Positions 25,223 to 36,047 of a DNA stretch of 56,710 bases are shown here, piece after piece; the stretch's first letter is position 1; each line of letters opens with the position of its first letter. A model generated the notes under the pieces. That model worked only from the letters and a program-made list of their open reading frames with translations. It did not search any database and had not been told where the DNA came from. The translations under genes and the position numbers were made by a program. Origin of the DNA: a virus (Duplodnaviria > Caudoviricetes); the IMG/VR virus record IMGVR_UViG_3300009168_000049, positions 1-56,710 of that record. One strand, written 5' to 3'.

Positions 25223-28047
25223 CGCGCAGCAATCTGCTGTTTCAGCGTCTCGACTTCGGCGGACAACTCTTTGACTGCGTTGATCAGGGCAAACATCAAT
25301 GGACCCGGATCAATGCTGCGGATATCGTCGACCGCAACACCGTCGATGGTCCCGGCGCGCTTGCCGATGATCTCGGGGAAATGCGGTTCGGCTTCCTGCG
25401 CGATCAGACCGATGAACTCTTTTGCTTCTTGAGCCACAGTGTGGTGTGGACTGCGTCTGAACGGCGCAGTCTCATTCTCTCTCAAATCTACACGTTCTTC
25501 AGGATACTTAGGCGTACCTTCTGGAATGTCGTTGCCCTTGTAGACGTAGCGCACCGGCCGCAGTGCGTTGATCGAGGCTAGACCATTCTCGTAGTTACCG
25601 AGAACGTTTTTGATTCGTGCATCCGAGCTATCGGCCCACGATCCGCCGCCGGGTTTCCATGCGCCGCCCGCACCGAAGAGCTGCATACTATTATAAGTGA
25701 TATTAAGCCAATGTGTATATGTCGACGACCCATCAGCATTGGATTGATCGAAGAAGATTTGATTGGAAAAATTATACCAACCATGAGCACCGTAGCCGGT
25801 GTTGTAGATTGAGAATCCTGCGGCGTCTCCACCCCACTGGATCCGCATGTAAGCACCGGTACAGGCGATGGTACCATTATTAGTTAGTGTACCGGTGATA
25901 ATTGTTGGCTTATATAAATTGATTGTAGTATCAAACATAGCAAGCCAAGCACCACCACCAGCAGTCAGAATACCGACATTGCCCGCTCCTCCTGCTCTAA
26001 TCTGATACGCCCACCCATCGTAATAAATACCGGTCGTCGCGGGTCCACCCCATGCGGCAGCGCCGCCGTAGGATGTGGTGAGATAAGAACCTGCAATCGT
26101 ACCGCTGCTACTAATCGCACCACTACTGAGTGTACCACCAAGAGAAAGCGGACCGGTCAAAGTAAAAGCCGATCCATCCCAGTAGAGATATTTAGCAGAG
26201 GCGCTTCCAAAATATAGTACACCCGTCGTCGGTGCCGCTGCTCGATATACCGTGAGATCACCAGACATAATATCGCCGGTCTTCGCCACACGATTGTTTG
26301 CATTGGCGTTGGCGGCGCTGTCGCCCGCATCGACGTAGGTCTTGTTGGTTATGTGCTGACCAGCCGTAGGCGCAATCGGCGCATCGATTGTCCCGGTAGT
26401 GTTGAGCGTCATCACGAAACGGCTGGTATTCGCGTCAACAAACGTCAGCCCGGCATTGTCACCTCTAACAGCGAGCCCCCACTTGCGCGGCATCCCGGGG
26501 TAGGTGCTCTCCCAGTACTGTTGATAGGAGCCATCCGACCGCAACAAATTGACGTGTACGCCGTTTAGGCTTCCGGTCATCGTGTCGCCAGCCTTGAGCA
26601 CGCGCAGCGCATCCTGCGTATCGACGTAGATGGTGGTCGCCTTGCCCGTATCGCCCGCGTCAACGTAGTCCTTGCGCACCGCCTGGTTCGCCGCAGGTCC
26701 GACCGGCAGGCCCAGGTGCCCCGACATGACATCGCCGGTTTTTGCGACGCGCAGATTATCGCCGGTGACAATCGCGGCCGCGTTGGCGGCATCGCCGGCG
26801 TCAACGTAGGTCTTATCGGCCTTTGTTGTGTCGGAGGGGTGGCGATGATCCTCACGCGAGAACGAGTCCGAGGTGCCGACCGCACCCGGCGTGCCGTCCA
26901 TCAGCGGCATGGCGGTGCCGGGCGATCCAGCACCAGCCGGGCCGGTGGCACCGGTAGCGCCAGGGTCGCCTTTATCGCCTTTTGGTCCCTGAATACCCTG
27001 CGGGCCCGGCTGTCCCTGCTGTCCCGTCGAGCCGGTGGCGCCGGTGTCGCCCTTCGGTCCTTCTGGCCCAATCGGACCCTGCGCGCCGGTGGCGCCGGTC
27101 GGACCGGCCGGCCCAGGGACGGTGCTGTCGTTGCCCTGCGGGCCCTGCGGACCGACGGCGCCGCTGTCGCCCTTGATGCCCTGTGGGCCCTGCGGACCAA
27201 CCGGGCCAATCGGACCTTCGATCCCTTGTTCGCCCTCCGGACCCTGGACGCCCTGAATGCCCTGATCGCCCTCCGGTCCCTCTGGTCCCTGCGGACCGAC
27301 CGTGCCTTGCGGTCCCTGCGGACCAGGAGGGCCCTGGATCGAGCCGCCGGAGACCCAGGCTGTGCCGTCCCATATCCACAGCGAATCGTCTTCCTCGACG
27401 ATGTAAGCGTCGCCTTGAATATTCTCGATTGGGTTTGAGGGTAGGTCGCCCGAGGTCGGCACCGATCCCCGCATGGTGATGCCGGTGCCGGCTTCGCCCT
27501 GCGGACCTTCCGGACCTTGGACGCCCTGCGGTCCGGCGACACCCTGATCGCCCTTCGGACCCTGGGTGCCTTGGACGCCCTGATCGCCTTTGACGCCCTG
27601 TGGACCCTGCGCGCCGGTCGCGCCAGTCGCACCGGTGGCACCCTGTGGGCCCTGCGGCCCCGGTACGGTCGAAGCGGCGCCGGTGTCGCCCTTGGGGCCT
27701 TGCGGCCCGGCAGGACCGACCGGGCCTGGCACCGTCGAAGGCGCACCGGTCGGACCGGCGGGACCAGGTGGGCCAAGCGGTCCTTGCGGCCCTGGCGGGC
27801 CGGGTGGACCTTGTTCGCCGCCGGCGCCTTCGCTGCCGAGCACGCCGTTTACCAGCCACAGCGGTTCTTGGATTTTGATGGCGGCGGCCGGACCGCGCTC
27901 TGATTCACTCCGGCCGACCAGGGTCTGGCTGTCGGTCAGCACCACCATCTGGTCGTTATAATTGGTGAAGAGAGCACGCTGAATCGGCGCGCCGGTCTCC
28001 GGATTTAAGGTCGACCTATCGGTCGGGTAAACTTCGGGAGCCGTCAC
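25219..28047 (-). CDS. Collagen-like tail fibre with C-terminal intramolecular chaperone (peptidase S74)
   Basis: Two long G-X-Y blocks, KxYVD repeats, SDARIK...GLIAQE...LINAVKEL. Confidence 0.9.
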   Translation of the reverse strand: MTAPEVYPTDRSTLNPETGAPIQRALFTNYNDQMVVLTDSQTLVGRSESERGPAAAIKIQEPLWLVNGVLGSEGAGGEQGPPGPPGPQGPLGPPGPAGPTGAPSTVPGPVGPAGPQGPKGDTGAASTVPGPQGPQGATGATGATGAQGPQGVKGDQGVQGTQGPKGDQGVAGPQGVQGPEGPQGEAGTGITMRGSVPTSGDLPSNPIENIQGDAYIVEEDDSLWIWDGTAWVSGGSIQGPPGPQGPQGTVGPQGPEGPEGDQGIQGVQGPEGEQGIEGPIGPVGPQGPQGIKGDSGAVGPQGPQGNDSTVPGPAGPTGATGAQGPIGPEGPKGDTGATGSTGQQGQPGPQGIQGPKGDKGDPGATGATGPAGAGSPGTAMPLMDGTPGAVGTSDSFSREDHRHPSDTTKADKTYVDAGDAANAAAIVTGDNLRVAKTGDVMSGHLGLPVGPAANQAVRKDYVDAGDTGKATTIYVDTQDALRVLKAGDTMTGSLNGVHVNLLRSDGSYQQYWESTYPGMPRKWGLAVRGDNAGLTFVDANTSRFVMTLNTTGTIDAPIAPTAGQHITNKTYVDAGDSAANANANNRVAKTGDIMSGDLTVYRAAAPTTGVLYFGSASAKYLYWDGSAFTLTGPLSLGGTLSSGAISSSGTIAGSYLTTSYGGAAAWGGPATTGIYYDGWAYQIRAGGAGNVGILTAGGGAWLAMFDTTINLYKPTIITGTLTNNGTIACTGAYMRIQWGGDAAGFSIYNTGYGAHGWYNFSNQIFFDQSNADGSSTYTHWLNITYNSMQLFGAGGAWKPGGGSWADSSDARIKNVLGNYENGLASINALRPVRYVYKGNDIPEGTPKYPEERVDLRENETAPFRRSPHHTVAQEAKEFIGLIAQEAEPHFPEIIGKRAGTIDGVAVDDIRSIDPGPLMFALINAVKELSAEVETLKQQIAAR

Positions 28048-28056
28048 CGCACACCT

Positions 28057-29400
28057 TTAAGGGATGTATTGTCCGCCGGAACCCGACGATCCGACGATTG
28101 ACCCCGGCATCGTCTGCCCCCACGCCGAGAGCACGCTGTTGCCGGTGACATCGTACATCTTGCCGGTGGTGTTCATATTGTGATTGCGCGTCTTGCCGAA
28201 CGACATGACGGCGAGTTCGCGCAACAGCATCGAGGCCGCATTTGCGTTCGTGTCGACATACCAGAAGTCGGCACCATTGATGTGGATCGAGCCGTTCCAT
28301 TGTCCGCCGTAGCAAGCGACAATGCTGCCGAGCGCCAGGCCACGGCCGTTGAACTCGTACGAGCCTTCTGTCGTGCTGCCGATGGATCCAGCGAAGCAGT
28401 GGATGAACGTGCTGTACTGGTTGGCGACAGTCGAATCCCAATTACACCGGTCGAAGATCACATTGCTGTTGTCGAGCCGCGTGATGCTGCCTTCGAACGG
28501 TTGCGCAACATCGCGCTGGAACGTAATACCGGTCACAACACATTGGGCCAAGCCACGGAAGAACAGGTTGCCTTTCGAGTTGTTGCCGAAATCGATGCTG
28601 CTGAGCTTGTAGTTCAGCCGGTCGGCAGGATCGACCGATGACAGCGTGACGCCGCCACCGAACGGACCGATGATCGCGCCCGCATAGGTGCCGGGGATGC
28701 CGAGCTTCAGATTCATCACGAACAGCGGCGTCGCTGCGTAACGCGCACCGACACGACCCCAGGCCCCTTGAATAGTGCGAAACGCTTTCGACGCTTCGTT
28801 GGCCGAGCCATCGCCGGTAGTGTCGTTGCCGTCGGTGCGGATCCAGATATCGACGCCGCCCTTGACGATCAGTGGCACCTGTGAGGGGAGCAAACCGAGG
28901 TGGAAGAAGTTTCCGTTCCAGTAACAAATCCGATGCGGAATGCCAGCACGGAAATCGCCGCTCTCGACCATTTGGTAATCGTTACGTCGAACATAGACGA
29001 GACCAAGGCCGTCAACGTTAATCCTCATTACACCTTGGTTGGTAATGGCTGGGATAACAGTTAGAACTAAATAATCATTGTAGCGTGTGACTCTTGGATC
29101 AAGATTTGCGCGGTAATCGAACGGCCCATCCCACAGGATCGCGCCTTGAGGAAGACCACGTTGATTGATGTAATTAACAGCACGTTCAATGTGGGTAAGA
29201 CTGCCGCAATCGTATTGCAGCTCAGCCTTCATGATCAAATTCATCTGCTCCGCAAGCATGGCGTTTGCGGCAGCAGGATCAAAACGTGGCTGACAGCGAC
29301 TGGTCGAGTACCAGAGTTCATCGCACCCCGTCGTGTTGACGTCGGGGAGAGAATTCCGGGCATCTGCGGGCGGGACGCCACTATCAGGGAACATGGGCAT
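28057..29400 (-). CDS. Tail fibre or spike with baseplate-attachment N-terminus and beta-helix-like C-terminus
   Basis: C-x-PRFDPAAANA anchor; WIRTDGNDTTGDG...AFRTIQGA motif. Confidence 0.75.
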   Translation of the reverse strand: MPMFPDSGVPPADARNSLPDVNTTGCDELWYSTSRCQPRFDPAAANAMLAEQMNLIMKAELQYDCGSLTHIERAVNYINQRGLPQGAILWDGPFDYRANLDPRVTRYNDYLVLTVIPAITNQGVMRINVDGLGLVYVRRNDYQMVESGDFRAGIPHRICYWNGNFFHLGLLPSQVPLIVKGGVDIWIRTDGNDTTGDGSANEASKAFRTIQGAWGRVGARYAATPLFVMNLKLGIPGTYAGAIIGPFGGGVTLSSVDPADRLNYKLSSIDFGNNSKGNLFFRGLAQCVVTGITFQRDVAQPFEGSITRLDNSNVIFDRCNWDSTVANQYSTFIHCFAGSIGSTTEGSYEFNGRGLALGSIVACYGGQWNGSIHINGADFWYVDTNANAASMLLRELAVMSFGKTRNHNMNTTGKMYDVTGNSVLSAWGQTMPGSIVGSSGSGGQYIP

Positions 29401-29423
29401 AGGCGGATTCTCGCTGTTTTTGG

Positions 29424-30629
29424 TTAAGCGGATCGTGTCTCAAGGGCTGCTACCCGCTCCATCAGGGTGGCGTTGATGGCGGACAGCTCCTTGATGGCGT
29501 TGATCAGTGCGTAAGTCAGCGCGCTCGGATCGAGGTCACGCAGATCGGCGACCATCGTACCGTCGATCATCGCTGCACGCTGGGTCACTATCTCGGGAAA
29601 TGCCACTTCGGCATCCTGCGCGATCAGGCCGATGAATTCCTTCTGCTTCACCGCCGCATCGTGGTGCGGTGAGTTGGCGTAGGGCACGGTCAGTTCGCGC
29701 GGTTCGGCCTCATCCGGCGGCGGCAAAGCTGCGTAAGCTGAGGGAGGAACGTCAGCTGGTGTGTCATTGCCTTTGAACGTGTAGCGTACTGGGTTGAGGG
29801 TCAGGATGGCATCAAGACCACTCTCGTAATTACCGATCACGGTCTTGATGCGCGCATCGGATGAGTCAGCCCAGTCGCCGCCACCAGGTTTCCATGCGCC
29901 GCCAGCGCCGAATAGCTGGCAGCTGTCAGAAGCGATTTGAAACCAATTTCCAGCAGGACCACCATTACCGTAAAAATTACTGAAGCGTATGACCCCTGCT
30001 GCTGCATACATACCAACAGAATAACCCGCACCTGTATTATAAAGACCGATACCAATATTATCGTATGGATGTCTAATCGTTGGACTAGGATAATCTATAT
30101 AGAACGGCCCACCATTAATATTAACTGTACCGACATTCAGTGTATTCACCGTGGCTACGCCACCGACAGCGAGCGTACCGTTGCACTGAAGATGCGTGTA
30201 CGCGCCAAGATTATAAGCGTTGAGCGTACCGTTGATCGAACCAGCGTTTGCAAGGAGCTGATTGGCGTTTACGTTACCGCCGAAGGTGCCATGAAGTCCA
30301 TTGATGGTACCAGCTGCGTTGATATTAGCATTGCTGGTCAATTGAGCCGCAGTAACCGTACCTCCAACTGAAGCATTTCCGCTACATGATAGCGATGGGA
30401 GAGTCAGCCCTCCCGTCATCGTATCGCCGGGCACATTCACGAAATTGGTTGTGTTGGCGGCGTCGGTGGCGGACTTGATGGCGTCGCTTTCCGCCTTGGT
30501 GTAGGAATCAGAAGGCGTGACCGAGACGGTGCTGGCCCACGCAAAACCATTCCACTTGTACATCGCACTCGATACCGGATCCGTGTAGACCTGGTTGAGC
30601 GCCGGGCTTGCTGGAAAATCCATTGCCAT
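29424..30629 (-). CDS. Tail fibre with C-terminal peptidase S74 chaperone
   Basis: MDFPASP...YKWNG N-terminus; SDARIK...GLIAQD...LINAIKEL. Confidence 0.85.
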   Translation of the reverse strand: MAMDFPASPALNQVYTDPVSSAMYKWNGFAWASTVSVTPSDSYTKAESDAIKSATDAANTTNFVNVPGDTMTGGLTLPSLSCSGNASVGGTVTAAQLTSNANINAAGTINGLHGTFGGNVNANQLLANAGSINGTLNAYNLGAYTHLQCNGTLAVGGVATVNTLNVGTVNINGGPFYIDYPSPTIRHPYDNIGIGLYNTGAGYSVGMYAAAGVIRFSNFYGNGGPAGNWFQIASDSCQLFGAGGAWKPGGGDWADSSDARIKTVIGNYESGLDAILTLNPVRYTFKGNDTPADVPPSAYAALPPPDEAEPRELTVPYANSPHHDAAVKQKEFIGLIAQDAEVAFPEIVTQRAAMIDGTMVADLRDLDPSALTYALINAIKELSAINATLMERVAALETRSA

Positions 30630-30641
30630 CTGGGTCGGCCT

Positions 30642-31490
30642 TTATTTGGTGAGGCTGGCGACGGTCGCAGTCAGTGATGCGACCTGCGCTTCAAGGGCGG
30701 CAATTCTGTTGTCGTCTGCTTCAGACAGTACGCCCGCATAGGTGCCGGATCCGCCCGACGCTTGGACCCATTGCCCGGTGTTCGCGTCCACGTACCAGAT
30801 CCACAACACGCCGCTGTTACTCTTCCACCATAGTTTTCCTTGTGTCGGATTAGCCGGAGGCGCGTCAGAGACGGTGACGCCACCGAGCTGCGCGATCAAG
30901 CTTGCTATCGTCATGCCGCCGTCGGCAATCAGATTACCGGTGGTACCATTGAACACCGCAATATTGAGATTGTTTGCAACAGTAGGCGGACCGGCGACCT
31001 TGGTATTGATGATGACATTCTGCGCAGCATTCTGAGCATCAGTGTAGGCAATCGCAGCCGCACGAATTGCAGCAATCGTCTCTCCGGAATCCTTGACGTA
31101 CCGACCTGAGTTTCCATCCCAGATGACGAGGGTGTCGGTGATCGCCGGCGGCACCGCTGGCACGTTGATCTTTCCGTCCAACGCCGCCTGGTTGGTCGCA
31201 ACCCACGCCGCAAAGGCGGTACACAGATTTCTCAGTGACGCGCAGGACCATGTCCCGTCCGGGTCTAGGCACTCGGCAAAACTGAGCAGCTCGGAGACGA
31301 TGGCGTTGATCTGCGCCGGCTGGATCCGCGCCTCGCAATTCGACGGCAGCGCAGTGAGCAGGCAGCTTGACGTGAATACCGGCGCCGGTGAGTAGGCGTT
31401 GGAGACCTCCGGCGGATTCGTCGGCGCTCCGGCTGCGTCGCGATAGACGACACCGCCAGCAGTTTCGATTTCAGGAAGGATGCCGGGCAT
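30642..31490 (-). CDS. Baseplate-attached fibre or adaptor protein
   Basis: N-terminus paralogous to 28057-29400 (C-x2-RIQPAQINA); C-terminal PPANPTQGKLWW...WVQ; ATG 31490 coupled to upstream stop. Confidence 0.7.
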   Translation of the reverse strand: MPGILPEIETAGGVVYRDAAGAPTNPPEVSNAYSPAPVFTSSCLLTALPSNCEARIQPAQINAIVSELLSFAECLDPDGTWSCASLRNLCTAFAAWVATNQAALDGKINVPAVPPAITDTLVIWDGNSGRYVKDSGETIAAIRAAAIAYTDAQNAAQNVIINTKVAGPPTVANNLNIAVFNGTTGNLIADGGMTIASLIAQLGGVTVSDAPPANPTQGKLWWKSNSGVLWIWYVDANTGQWVQASGGSGTYAGVLSEADDNRIAALEAQVASLTATVASLTK

Positions 31491-32371
31491 CAGCAGCACC
31501 TCGAAATAGTCGACGGACAGTTCGATGGCATCATCGAACGGACGATGCATTCGGCGGCGAGCACGCCGGGCCAGACGATGGCCGGCAGTCCGGCCGGACG
31601 ATCACAGCCCTGGTCCCACACGGCGTGAATCTTCGGCCGTGGCAGCAGGGTCTCGCAGATGTCGCCGGAGCCGCAGCCTTCGATCCAGTCGCGGGTCTGG
31701 CAGATCTCGAAGTGAGTTGGGCCTGACTCGCAGCCGTAAGGATCGCACTCCGGATCATCGACCACGGGTGTGGCCGGCACCGGCTTGATCTCGGCACCGA
31801 GCGGATCGATCACCCAGTTGAGGCCGCAGATGTTCTTGATCACGCCCATGTTGGCGCGGGTCAGCGCAATCGCGATGCCGCGCTTGACCGCGCATTCCAG
31901 CTCAGGCGGAAAGTCGGCGCCGCAAAACACCGGACCGCATTCGCTATAGATCTCGTAGGGCGTGATCTCGCCGAGCAGCACCGAGCGGCAGTGCTGGTTG
32001 TAGCAGTCCTCCCACTGAAGCCGCGCCAGATGATTATCCAGCGTCGTCACCGCCGTGTACGGGTTGCTCTCGCGTAGCGCCGGCCACAGGCCGGTGTGCA
32101 CCACGTGGCGCAGCTTCAAGACCGTATAGATAGCATGCAAGATGAGGGACGGGCAGCGTGGATCGGCGATCAGCGGGCACTGGGCCGGGTCGTCGTTGCT
32201 CTCGAAGTAGCTGATCGCGGCCGCCTTCCAGTAGTCCCACAGGGGGCCTGACGGCAGCAGGTTCATGAACGCCACGAACGTGCAGCACAGGTCGTTGCCG
32301 CACAGCGGCGGCGGACAGCATCCTAAATCCTCGGGCGTCGCAACGGTGACACATCCATCGGCACTCAGCAT
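31490..32371 (-). CDS. Baseplate wedge protein (Mu gp48-like), Cys-rich
   Basis: LLPSGPLW and ESNPYTA motifs; follows J-like gene; about 24 Cys counted by eye. Confidence 0.7.
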   Translation of the reverse strand: MLSADGCVTVATPEDLGCCPPPLCGNDLCCTFVAFMNLLPSGPLWDYWKAAAISYFESNDDPAQCPLIADPRCPSLILHAIYTVLKLRHVVHTGLWPALRESNPYTAVTTLDNHLARLQWEDCYNQHCRSVLLGEITPYEIYSECGPVFCGADFPPELECAVKRGIAIALTRANMGVIKNICGLNWVIDPLGAEIKPVPATPVVDDPECDPYGCESGPTHFEICQTRDWIEGCGSGDICETLLPRPKIHAVWDQGCDRPAGLPAIVWPGVLAAECIVRSMMPSNCPSTISRCC

Positions 32372-33576
32372 GTGGGCCTCAACGAGTCAGGCCCGGTGAA
32401 GATCACGTCGTTGATGCACGGCAGTACATCGCATTCGGGTTCAAGATCACCGCAGGTGGTGACCCACACATCCTCACGCGACCAGGTCACACCGTCGGGC
32501 GGCACAAAGCGTGCCGAGGTGTTGATCTCGGTGCCGAGCACCGAGGCGACGATGAGATCGATCTGCTTCACCCGCAGCGGCATCGAGGGACAAATGCGGG
32601 TGAACAGCTCGCGCACGTAGTTCTCGATGGTCTGCTTTTGTGCCGTGGACGGACAGCCGGCGATATCGATCACCACGTCGGTCATCAATGGTCGCGGCAT
32701 GAATACTTTGCCGCAGACGCCGATCTCGACCTGGCCCTCACCGTAGCCCTGGTGCTCACCAAACATCCAGTCGGTGAGATCGTCGACCACCTGCTGCGGC
32801 GGGATCCCGCACGGGAAGACGCCGTCGAACAGCACGTAGAATTCCATCCGGTTGCCGCAGTTGGCGCAGCCGCATTCGCCGCACTCGGCGGTACAGCGGC
32901 AGCAGGTGCCTTCGCGCACGCACACCCGCGTGGCACAGGGGAACTCGAGAAACTTCTGCTTGATCCACGCCATGGTGGCGCGCGGCTGATAAGCCAGTCG
33001 TTCGACATAACGCTTGCGGAAGTCTTCACAGCTCTCTTCGCCGCTGCCGCCACAAAACTGACCGCCGCAGATTTGCACCTCGGCGTTGATGCCGGGCGCC
33101 GGCGTGGTGAGCGTGCCGGTGGTGACACCACCCGCCGCATTCATATCGGCGCCTGGCACCAGGGCGCGAATGCGGATGATCACCGTGCCTTCCGCCGACA
33201 GTGTCAGCGGCACCGAACCGACCGAGACGAAGGTGCCGATCTCGGTCTGGATCTCCAGCGACGGCGGCACCGGCGCATAGGCTGTGCCGGTCAGCCGGGC
33301 ATAGCCTTCGGCGTGCGAGGGCGGCCGTGGGTAGACGCCGTGCTGTGCCGCCATCTTGTAGAGGTTCTCGCAGCACGCCGTCTCTGGATTGGTCTCACGC
33401 CACATCTGATCGGCGACTGCATAGAACTGCTCGGCCGCAGCGTAATCATTGGTGACGACGTACCACTCGTTCGATTCCGGGATGACCTTGCCGCCGCCGA
33501 GCACAGTCGAAGAGAACATGTTCGACAAATGGTCGAACAATGCCTGCGGATCGGGTCGCGGAATAATGCATGACAT
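32365..33576 (-). CDS. Baseplate J-like wedge protein (Mu gp47-like), Cys-rich
   Basis: GGSGEESCEDFRKRY, AEGYARLTG; about 23 Cys counted by eye. Confidence 0.85.
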   Translation of the reverse strand: MSCIIPRPDPQALFDHLSNMFSSTVLGGGKVIPESNEWYVVTNDYAAAEQFYAVADQMWRETNPETACCENLYKMAAQHGVYPRPPSHAEGYARLTGTAYAPVPPSLEIQTEIGTFVSVGSVPLTLSAEGTVIIRIRALVPGADMNAAGGVTTGTLTTPAPGINAEVQICGGQFCGGSGEESCEDFRKRYVERLAYQPRATMAWIKQKFLEFPCATRVCVREGTCCRCTAECGECGCANCGNRMEFYVLFDGVFPCGIPPQQVVDDLTDWMFGEHQGYGEGQVEIGVCGKVFMPRPLMTDVVIDIAGCPSTAQKQTIENYVRELFTRICPSMPLRVKQIDLIVASVLGTEINTSARFVPPDGVTWSREDVWVTTCGDLEPECDVLPCINDVIFTGPDSLRPTC

Positions 33577-33582
33577 GATGCG

Positions 33583-34128
33583 TCAGTGCCAAACCCAAGT
33601 CTCGGAGACAAAGCTGCCCGCCAGGTTGATGCGGCTGCGCCCCGTAGTGGTGGTCACGGTAACCGCGACGGCCACACTGTTGGAGCCGCGATAGGTCGCT
33701 TCAACCTCGACGGATTGCGCAATGCCGAGAGCTATCAGTTTCCCCATGTCCGCTCGCACGGCTGCGCCGATCATCTTCACGGCGTCAGCAGTGCGAACGT
33801 ACGATTTCTCCGCTGCATTCCACAGCGTGGAGCCGATGTAGAGACCATCGTCCCGGTAGGATTCGGACCAATGGCCGTACGTGGCGGCCGGTGTCGGACA
33901 GCGCGCGTCAGTCCGTGCCCGGGTGTTGAGGATATTGAGGATCAATCCTTGCAGCCAATCGTCGGTCTTGATGGTGCGACCGTCTGGTTCGCTCGACTTC
34001 TCGTATTCCAGTCCCGGGATCGCACACTCGACGCCGCACGTATTGTAGCTGCCGCACGCCTGCGCGCGCGTCGTCCAGAAGATCCGGCGCTGACCGACCT
34101 TTTGGTCGAAGCAGGGATCCGTGAGCAC
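33583..34128 (-). CDS. Baseplate protein (Mu gp46-like)
   Basis: GHWSES...IGSTLW...LGIAQSVEVEA. Confidence 0.75.
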   Translation of the reverse strand: MLTDPCFDQKVGQRRIFWTTRAQACGSYNTCGVECAIPGLEYEKSSEPDGRTIKTDDWLQGLILNILNTRARTDARCPTPAATYGHWSESYRDDGLYIGSTLWNAAEKSYVRTADAVKMIGAAVRADMGKLIALGIAQSVEVEATYRGSNSVAVAVTVTTTTGRSRINLAGSFVSETWVWH

Positions 34129-34131
34129 GGA

Positions 34132-34731
34132 CTAGACCAACTCAAACTGCGTAGGCTGACTGCCACCGCTGGATTTCTTCTCCTCCTGCTTGTTGCCTTC
34201 GAAGCTGGGCGGCTTTTCGGTGGCGCGTACCACCTCCGGCGTCTTCACCAGCTTGTTGACCACCAGCTCGCCGTCGATGATCACCTTCTTGGCGCGGATG
34301 ATCACCTGATCGCCTTTGACCTCGAATTCGCCCTTCTCGCCGACCGCGAACTTGTTCTTGGTCAGGTGCGCCAGCTTGTCGGAGAAGTGCAGCGCAAATT
34401 CCTGATCGGTTGGATGCTGAATGCCGCCTTCGTTCTCCGGCCAGCGCCGCTGCTTGTCATGCGGGACAGTCAGCACGGCCACTTTCAGCATGGTGTCGCT
34501 CGATGACGCGAGTAAAAACACCTCGGCATCGGTGTCCTTCTTGAGCTTGAACGACGCGCTGCCGATCATCGTGAAGGCTTCTTGGTCTTCGGTATCGGTA
34601 CCTTTGACCTTGATGGTGGAACCTTGCTCCTCGTAAGTCAGTTCGCCATAGACGTGCCGCTCGACACCGTCTTGCACATCCTTGGAGCGTGCGCTGTAGG
34701 GCAGGAACGTCATGCTGTCTCTCCAAACCAC
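34132..34731 (-). CDS. Baseplate spike (Mu gp45-like)
   Basis: Position after hub; beta-rich C-terminus VIIRAKKVIIDGELVV. Confidence 0.65.
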   Translation of the reverse strand: MVWRDSMTFLPYSARSKDVQDGVERHVYGELTYEEQGSTIKVKGTDTEDQEAFTMIGSASFKLKKDTDAEVFLLASSSDTMLKVAVLTVPHDKQRRWPENEGGIQHPTDQEFALHFSDKLAHLTKNKFAVGEKGEFEVKGDQVIIRAKKVIIDGELVVNKLVKTPEVVRATEKPPSFEGNKQEEKKSSGGSQPTQFELV

Positions 34732-36047
34732 GGGGGTAGCGTTAATGGTGGCGCTTCAGCTTGTTGCTGCGGCTCGAGTGCTGCTCTGGCGAGCTCATCG
34801 GCCAGTGACATGAACGGCAGATCACCGAGCTGTGGCGGTGACCAGGCTTCCGGGTAGCCGTCGGCCGGGATCGGAATATTGGCCTGACTGCGCCGCGCCG
34901 ATCCCATATCCATGTTGAGGTTCGACAGTCCGAAGCCGCCTTCACTGCCTTCACTGCCACCCGATGGCGGCGGCGACAGGGTCAGCGTGGTCTTCAATTC
35001 CGTCTCGGCGTTGACGTGATAGGTGAGCTCGGTGCATTCGAAGGTGTCGAAGATGCCTTCCGGCGGCACCTCGACGTAGTGCGTGTTACCAATGTCCCAG
35101 GGCTGGCCCGATGGCGTCTGCACATGGAACACTTCGATCGTGATCTTCTTGCTCGCGGTGTTGCGCTTGTTCATTTCGAAGCGCGCGCGCCGTTCTAGCT
35201 CTTTATCGGTAGCGTCACCGTAGTGTTGCACGGTCAATAGGTTTTTGCTTTTGACCGATTTGTTTTCGACCGTCTTGTGGGTCTTCTCCAACGCCTTTTT
35301 ACCGCGAATACCTTTCTTGGTGCGCTGGCCTTTCACCTTGACTTTGGACTTCGCCTTGTCCTCAGACTGCTCAGCCGAGAAAGTCAGAATATTCTCGCCC
35401 AGGATTAGCGCATCGCCGCTGCCGGATTCAGTACCGACCCCATCGGTGACGCGCAGCTTGCCGTCACGCGTCTCGTACATGAAGTAGCAGTTCTCCAACG
35501 CCACCCGGTGCAGCTCGTCGATCACCCGCGCACCGTCGCGAAAGCGTTGCTTGTCGAGCTTGATCGTCTCTCCCTTCCACTCCAGCTGCACCTGCCATGG
35601 CTCGATCAGCTTTTCGACCACCTCCTTGGTGGTTGGCTGCATCATGTTGGTGGTCGGATGCTGGTGCGAGCTGTCGATCAACCGTTTGGTCTTGCCGCGC
35701 GCGGATATTTTAATCGTGTATTCGTTCGGCCCGATCGAGACGCTGGCTTTAGTATCTTTGGCGCCCTTGCCTTCCTTCTTGTTGCTCTCATCGGCGCCCT
35801 TCTTGCCCTTCTTGGTGCCACTGCCCTCACGCTTGTCGACAGTGCCGGTGAAAGCCAACTGGCCGCCGATGTAGACGGTGATCTCGGCACCACATTTGGC
35901 CGCTTGCACCATCGGCCCGGATGGCATGGCGCCGGCGAAGATGGTGACACTGAGTGAACCGGTCAGCTCGTCCTTGGACCGTTGCAGAGTCATTTCCGTC
36001 CAAGTATCGAGTACCGATCCGCCGATGGCGATCACGACCGGTTTCAT
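34710..36047 (-). CDS. Baseplate hub protein (Mu gp44-like)
   Basis: ITVYIGGQLAFTGTVD, RGKTKRLIDSS, LILGENI, GQPWDIG. Confidence 0.85.
   Translation of the reverse strand: MKPVVIAIGGSVLDTWTEMTLQRSKDELTGSLSVTIFAGAMPSGPMVQAAKCGAEITVYIGGQLAFTGTVDKREGSGTKKGKKGADESNKKEGKGAKDTKASVSIGPNEYTIKISARGKTKRLIDSSHQHPTTNMMQPTTKEVVEKLIEPWQVQLEWKGETIKLDKQRFRDGARVIDELHRVALENCYFMYETRDGKLRVTDGVGTESGSGDALILGENILTFSAEQSEDKAKSKVKVKGQRTKKGIRGKKALEKTHKTVENKSVKSKNLLTVQHYGDATDKELERRARFEMNKRNTASKKITIEVFHVQTPSGQPWDIGNTHYVEVPPEGIFDTFECTELTYHVNAETELKTTLTLSPPPSGGSEGSEGGFGLSNLNMDMGSARRSQANIPIPADGYPEAWSPPQLGDLPFMSLADELARAALEPQQQAEAPPLTLPPWFGETA

Noticed and set aside
26901-27961. Alternative-frame ORFs over the collagen region
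   Set aside because: Artefacts of GGN-CCN repeat codons, which lack stops in other frames
25219-30629. Diversity-generating retroelement acting on the fibre genes
   Set aside because: Differences in the shared segment are mostly synonymous and not adenine-specific; both copies are coding; no reverse transcriptase in the window
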